Source of the DNA: Roseibacillus sp.
GTDB taxonomy: Bacteria > Verrucomicrobiota > Verrucomicrobiia > Verrucomicrobiales > Akkermansiaceae
Length of the DNA stretch: 40,528 nt
Direction: 5' to 3'
Assembly: GCA_965242925.1 (NCBI GenBank)
Contig: CBDEUM010000007.1
Span: 1 to 40,528 of the forward strand
The position numbers and the translations under genes were made by a program. The notes under the pieces were generated by a model. That model did not search any database. It saw only the letters and a program-made list of their open reading frames with translations, and was not told the DNA's origin. This document shows positions 36,247 to 40,528 of this stretch, in pieces. Within the stretch, counting starts at the first letter, position 1; the number at the start of each line of letters is the position of its first letter.

Positions 36247-36825
36247 ATGCGAGTGACGGAGCGAGCGCACCAGTCCGTACGGGCAGTGGTTCGACCGGGT
36301 GATCATGTTGTCGACGCCACCGCAGGCAACGGACACGATACACTCCTCCTCGCCCGCCTGGTCGGACCGGATGGCCGGGTCATTGCCTTTGATGTGCAGG
36401 AAGAGGCAATCGCTGCCACGCGGTGTCGTCTTGCGGCAAACGGAATAGAGGAGGGCAGGGTGTTCTTTGTCAACGGGAGCCACACGATGCTGCGGCAGCA
36501 CGTGGATCGTCCCGTGGCAGTGGTGATGTTCAACCTGGGTTATCTCCCCGGGAGCGACCACGCGCACACGACCACCCGTGATGAGACCCTGATCGCGCTT
36601 GCGGAAGGCTGGGAGACCCTGCGGGAGAGTGGTATCCTGAGCGTGGTTTGTTACCGGGGGCACCCGGGGGGAGCGGAGGAGGCCGCCGGGGTGCTGGAGT
36701 ATGCGGAGGGTTTGCAGGACCATGGTGCAAGCGTGGTGATTTCGGGGCAGGAGGAGACGCAGGAAGGACCGTTTCTTGTGATAATGCAGAAGGAAGGAAA
36801 ACAGCAGGTTCGCACGGGTCCGTAG
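36247..36825 (+). CDS. mnmM: SAM-dependent methyltransferase, YtqB/MnmM family
   Basis: VVDATAGNGHDT; AFDVQ; FNLGYLPGSD; VCYRGHPGGAEE, all hallmark YtqB-family motifs. Confidence 0.8.
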   Translation: MRVTERAHQSVRAVVRPGDHVVDATAGNGHDTLLLARLVGPDGRVIAFDVQEEAIAATRCRLAANGIEEGRVFFVNGSHTMLRQHVDRPVAVVMFNLGYLPGSDHAHTTTRDETLIALAEGWETLRESGILSVVCYRGHPGGAEEAAGVLEYAEGLQDHGASVVISGQEETQEGPFLVIMQKEGKQQVRTGP

Positions 36826-36954
36826 CGACGACTCGGGCCGGGATTCGCTTCATCCGGAGGGCTGAACGACTCTGCAGAGCCGGGTTTTCGCATCATTATG
36901 AGGGAGCAACGACAGCTTCCGCCTCACTGGCGACGAGGCAGGCCAAGGTCGCTC

Positions 36955-37389
36955 TTAATCGAATACTTCGCTCTCGCTGAAGAAACGTCGGAGCTCGACC
37001 GCTGCGGACTCCGGGCTGTCGGAGGCGTGGCAGATGTTACGCATCTTGGAGAACTGGTCCTTGCTGCCGTAGTCACCCCGGATGGTTCCGGGGGCGGCTT
37101 CGGTGGAGTCGGTTGGTCCCAGAATCTTTCGGACGCGGCTGATGGCGTCCTCCCCCTCCAGCGCCAGGGCGATGACGGGAGTTTCCTGCATGAAGGCCCG
37201 GATGTCGGGGAAAAATTCGAGGTGCGTGATGTGGGCGTAGTGCTCGTTGAGTAATTCGTTGTTGGCCTGGAGCATCTTGAGGGCGCGGATGCGGAAGCCT
37301 TCCTTGAGGTAGCGGTCGAGCACCGCGCCGGTGATTCCCTGTTGAATGCCGTCGGGTTTGAACAGAATCAGAGTCGTTTCGCGTGCCAT
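36955..37389 (-). CDS. ndk: nucleoside diphosphate kinase
   Basis: ETTLILFKPDG; EHYAH; APGTIRGDY; NICHASDS. Confidence 0.96.
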   Translation of the reverse strand: MARETTLILFKPDGIQQGITGAVLDRYLKEGFRIRALKMLQANNELLNEHYAHITHLEFFPDIRAFMQETPVIALALEGEDAISRVRKILGPTDSTEAAPGTIRGDYGSKDQFSKMRNICHASDSPESAAVELRRFFSESEVFD

Positions 37390-37466
37390 CGGAGGCGAGA
37401 AGGGTCAGGGAGAGCGCAGGAGAAGTCAAAGGCAATGGCCGGGCAGAAAGGCGAAAGATTCGGAGA

Positions 37467-38321
37467 CTAGAGCGGCCTGGCGTAGGTGTCGCAGCGGTTA
37501 TGCCAGCCGGCAGTCCAACGCCTTTCGCCCCGTGCCGGTGGCGAGTTCTTCACTCGCAGATCGAGACACCGTTTGGCAGCGGCGGCAAACTCCCGTGCGG
37601 CGGCCTGCCCCGGGGAAACGTCAGCCATGTCCATGAGAACCCACATGAGCCCCCAGCCCTGGCCCTTGTAGCGTTCGCGGGGGTTGGTGCCGTCGCCCTT
37701 GAAATTGACGTAGTCGATGAGGGCGTAGATGCCGTTGGGAGTGGTGGCCACCTTGTCGTAATTGACGGTGATGCGCGCTCGCCGGGTGGGGGGCGCGGCG
37801 GCCATGATCATGGGCAGGGCGGCACGCGACTTGGCCATGATGAACTCGGTCTGCAGGTTGATGTTGGCGGCCAGCCATGTGCGAAGGCCCGAGAGTGCAG
37901 CGGCATTGAAATCGCGACGGAACACCTTGCGATCGGACCAGGGACAATCGGGGAGGAGGGCAACGGTGGGAATTCCCCGCACACCCCTGCCTTGCGCGAA
38001 TCGGATGAATTCAGGCCAGGTCTCGGTCCAGCGCCCATCGAAACCGCGGGGATACCAGATGAAATGTCCGATTCCGAGGGAAGGGAACTCTTCGCCCTCG
38101 TTCCAGTGGGTGAGTCCACTCACTGTGCCACCCGACTCATTCTGCCAGATTTTCATGCCGACAGCCCGTCGCTGGGCGCCGTTCAGGATAACGCCCCCGG
38201 GCGGGGAGGCGCGCTCCCCGGCCCGGTCGGTTTTCCGGATAACCTTTTCACCGGCTTTCTGGGCCGGGGAACAGGCGCTGAGGAGCAGGCTGGCAACCAG
38301 GAGAAGGCGGAGGTCTTGCAT
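37467..38321 (-). CDS. conserved hypothetical lipoprotein, possible lysozyme-like fold
   Basis: Lipobox LLSAC; KIWQNES...WNEGEEFPSLGIGHFIWYP; ALIDYVNFKG; -10 TATAGT 5 nt before the ATG. Confidence 0.8.
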   Translation of the reverse strand: MQDLRLLLVASLLLSACSPAQKAGEKVIRKTDRAGERASPPGGVILNGAQRRAVGMKIWQNESGGTVSGLTHWNEGEEFPSLGIGHFIWYPRGFDGRWTETWPEFIRFAQGRGVRGIPTVALLPDCPWSDRKVFRRDFNAAALSGLRTWLAANINLQTEFIMAKSRAALPMIMAAAPPTRRARITVNYDKVATTPNGIYALIDYVNFKGDGTNPRERYKGQGWGLMWVLMDMADVSPGQAAAREFAAAAKRCLDLRVKNSPPARGERRWTAGWHNRCDTYARPL

Positions 38322-38369
38322 GACGCACTATAACGTGCAGGCTAGGGTCTCAGCAATCGCAAGCCGTTC

Positions 38370-38759
38370 ATGAATAAGGTTCCCTGGGATCAAGTAGTAA
38401 GCCTTTCCGGGCTGGATGTCGCGAAGCTCATCCTTTCGGCCTTGATGATACTCTTTGTCACCAAGATCCAGCTTTTCCACGATCGCCTCTCCGCTCTCCT
38501 CATTGCGCTGCCCCTGATCTCCCTGCTGGCCATGATCTGGATGCGTGTGGAGGGACAGGACTCCGAGCGTATTGCCAACCACGCCGAGACTACGTTCTGG
38601 TTCGTCCTGCCGACCCTTCCCATGTTTTTGATTCTCCCCTGGATGCTCCGCAATGGTTGGGGTTTCGGGACGGCCCTGGGGATTAACTGCATTTTGACCG
38701 TCGCCTTCTTCCTGGGCCTCATGGCTGTTCTGAAGCCGTTTGGAATCAAGTTGCTGTAA
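38370..38759 (+). CDS. DUF3147-like small membrane protein
   Basis: KLILSA...LIALPLISLLAMIW...IANHA..TFWFVLPTLPMFL; four TM segments. Confidence 0.75.
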   Translation: MNKVPWDQVVSLSGLDVAKLILSALMILFVTKIQLFHDRLSALLIALPLISLLAMIWMRVEGQDSERIANHAETTFWFVLPTLPMFLILPWMLRNGWGFGTALGINCILTVAFFLGLMAVLKPFGIKLL

Positions 38760-38833
38760 AAAAGAGGAAGGTGCCGGTTGGCGGTGGCTGGAGGGGATGC
38801 GCTAGTTAATCCTTCGAAATATTTGATCTTTCC

Positions 38834-39010
38834 AGAGGAGATGCCAGTGGTTCGGATGGACCGTCTGGGCGAAATGAACAATCGGAGCTCCTCCTGACGG
38901 CCGGGAACGGGGACTTTCCGGCCTGAATCATCCAGTTCGAGCAAAATTTCTTGAATGGAGTCTTGAACTATGGTTCGTGCTCACTTCCGAGGGCGCAATA
39001 GGCTCCTTCT
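38834..39010 (+). ncRNA. ssrS: probable 6S RNA
   Basis: ~177-nt end-to-end rod folded by hand: AGAGGAG/CUCCUUCU, GCC/GGC, UUCGGA/UCCGAG, GACCGU/AUGGUU, UCUGGGC/GUCUUGA; A-rich bubble (GAAAUGAACAA opposite GCAAAAUUUCUUGAAUGGA); UCGGAGCU/AGUUCGA; terminal GGCCGGGAA/UUUCCGGCC. Has the 6S-typical CUUGAAC..GGUUC on the 3' strand and is followed by a T6 tract. Confidence 0.7.
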
Positions 39011-39101
39011 CTTTTTTACGAACCAGACCGCGCGGATGGAGGCTGATAACGTGATTCCCTTTGAGCAGCCGAAGCCTGTGTCTGGATTTTCCGGCGTACC
39101 T

Positions 39102-39305
39102 ATGAAAAGTGATCTCGTAGACCAGGCAGCAGAAATCGTCCCCGATCCCCAGATTCTGATCAACATGGTCTCCAAGCGGGTCCAGCAGCTGAACACCGGC
39201 CGCGCCCCCTTGATTGATACCGTGCCGAGCATGGGCGCGGCGGATATCGCGCTCACAGAAATTATAGAGGGCAAGATCAAGCGCGCTGAGCAGCCGATCA
39301 CCTGA
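39102..39305 (+). CDS. rpoZ: DNA-directed RNA polymerase subunit omega
   Basis: 67 aa; LINMVSKRVQQL..G..PL...IALTEIIEGKI. Confidence 0.85.
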   Translation: MKSDLVDQAAEIVPDPQILINMVSKRVQQLNTGRAPLIDTVPSMGAADIALTEIIEGKIKRAEQPIT

Positions 39306-39342
39306 AACCGCGCGCTGGTCCGCGCAGCAAGCGGGCATCATT

Positions 39343-39801
39343 ATGAGTCGTGATGTCGCCACTAACAAGAAGGCGCGCCGCGATTATCATATCTCGGAGA
39401 CCTACGAAGCCGGGATTCAGCTGCGGGGAACCGAGGTGAAGTCCATCCGTGAGGGGAAGGTCAACATCTCGGATGCCTTTGTCCGTATCGAGAAAAAGGA
39501 AGCCTTTCTCTACGGTTGTGACATTCAGCCGTGGCAGACCGCAGCGGAGTACTTCCAGCACTTGCCCAAGCGCCCCCGCAGGCTGCTCCTCCACAAGAAT
39601 GAGATTCTCAAACTGGCCCAGTCCACCGACGAAAAGGGCTTCACCCTCCCGTGTCTCCGGATGTATTTCAAGGATAGCCGGGTGAAGATCGAGTTTGGCC
39701 TGGGCAAGGGCAAAGGCCATTCCGACCAGCGCCAGGACCTGAAGAAGCGGGTGGAATTGCGGGAGGCCGAGCGTGAGATGGCGAGGTTCAACCGGAGGTG
39801 A
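39343..39801 (+). CDS. smpB: SsrA-binding protein SmpB
   Basis: NKKARRDY; EAGIQLRGTEVKSIR; RRLLLHK; GLGKGK..DQR. Confidence 0.96.
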   Translation: MSRDVATNKKARRDYHISETYEAGIQLRGTEVKSIREGKVNISDAFVRIEKKEAFLYGCDIQPWQTAAEYFQHLPKRPRRLLLHKNEILKLAQSTDEKGFTLPCLRMYFKDSRVKIEFGLGKGKGHSDQRQDLKKRVELREAEREMARFNRR

Positions 39802-39829
39802 ACCGCAAAGGCCGACGTGGTTCCGACGT

Positions 39830-40528
39830 CTATAACGTCACCCCGGTGACGGAGAGAATTCCCCCTACGGTCCGGACGGTCTCCATCACCTCGGCGGCGA
39901 GGGGTTGATCGACTTCAATGATGGTGAGGGCATTTCCAGCCTGCTTGTCGCGGGCAAGGGACATGTTGGCAATGTTGACTCCTGCTTCGCCGAGGGCCTT
40001 GCCCAGCGCGCCCACGATACCGGGGTGGTCGTCGTTGGAGACGATGAGGAAGTGTCCCTCGATGTTTGTGTCCACGAAGATGCGGTCGATCTCCACGATC
40101 CGGGGAGTCTTGCCAATGATGGTGCCGGCCAGGCGGAACTTGGTGTCATCCTTGGTCAGTTCGGCGACGAGGAGTTCGGAAAACTCGGTGGCGGCGCTGA
40201 TGGTGGACTCGGTCAGGTCCAGGCCCATTGTCTTGGCCACTGCCGGGGCGTTCACGATGTTGACCTGCCCTTCATTGCAGCCGGCGGCCAGGAGAGCGGT
40301 GAGGACGTGGCGGGAAACCAGGCCCGTGTCCCTTTCGGCCAGCGGGCCGTGGTAGGAGACCCGCAGGGAATCGGGACTGGCGGGACCCAGCTTGGCGAGC
40401 ACTTTCCCAAGGGCGGTGGCGAGATCGAGGTAGGGACTCAACTCGGCGAGCGCCGCGGCATCGAGGGAAGGCATGTTGATCGCGTTTCGGATCTCTCCGG
40501 TGGTGAGAAAATCGCGGATCTGTTCGGC
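39830..40528 (-). CDS. serA: D-3-phosphoglycerate dehydrogenase, C-terminal part (ASB + ACT domains); 5'-truncated by the window
   Basis: AEQIRDFL..GEIRNAINMP; VNIVNAP; NDDHPGIVG.LG..LGEAGVNIANMSLAR ACT domain. Confidence 0.9.
   Translation of the reverse strand, partial: AEQIRDFLTTGEIRNAINMPSLDAAALAELSPYLDLATALGKVLAKLGPASPDSLRVSYHGPLAERDTGLVSRHVLTALLAAGCNEGQVNIVNAPAVAKTMGLDLTESTISAATEFSELLVAELTKDDTKFRLAGTIIGKTPRIVEIDRIFVDTNIEGHFLIVSNDDHPGIVGALGKALGEAGVNIANMSLARDKQAGNALTIIEVDQPLAAEVMETVRTVGGILSVTGVTL

Noticed and set aside
38760..39101. tmRNA or riboswitch next to smpB
   Set aside because: No tRNA-like acceptor ends or tag ORF, too short for tmRNA, and no riboswitch core recognised; the rod-plus-bubble fold fits 6S better.
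38970..39101. Longer RpoZ start at 38970
   Set aside because: It overlaps the 6S candidate and the extension is not omega-like; ATG 39102 is preferred.

Overview
GC-rich (roughly 60-65% by eye), gene-dense bacterial chromosomal segment, most likely from a member of Verrucomicrobiota (inferred from the short RpoZ, TIGR03790 protein, TopB with C-terminal repeats and PVC-type secreted hypotheticals). It has about 37 CDS. Most are core genes: RppH-like Nudix, addAB, double-FKBP PPIase, RbsA-type ATPase, argG, TauE, site-2 protease, topB-dprA, recN, SLC13 permease, ndk, rpoZ, smpB and partial serA. No tRNA, rRNA, CRISPR, integrase or transposase was seen. The most notable items are: (1) an unannotated ~177-nt 6S RNA-like rod with an A-rich central bubble directly upstream of rpoZ-smpB; (2) a two-gene operon pairing a stand-alone MnmC(o)/DAO-like FAD oxidoreductase with an MnmM/YtqB-type methyltransferase, a possible hybrid route to tRNA mnm5s2U34; (3) a split, divergent ebo cluster (eboE-eboC / eboB) built around an HTH-like gene and a 90-aa unknown, with no eboA/D/F in the window; (4) a 'hypothetical' lipoprotein carrying T4-lysozyme-like motifs; (5) a one-base frameshift in a C5 run of a secreted isochorismatase-ThuA gene; (6) several apparently leaderless promoters. 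All family calls come from motif recognition by eye; no searches were run.
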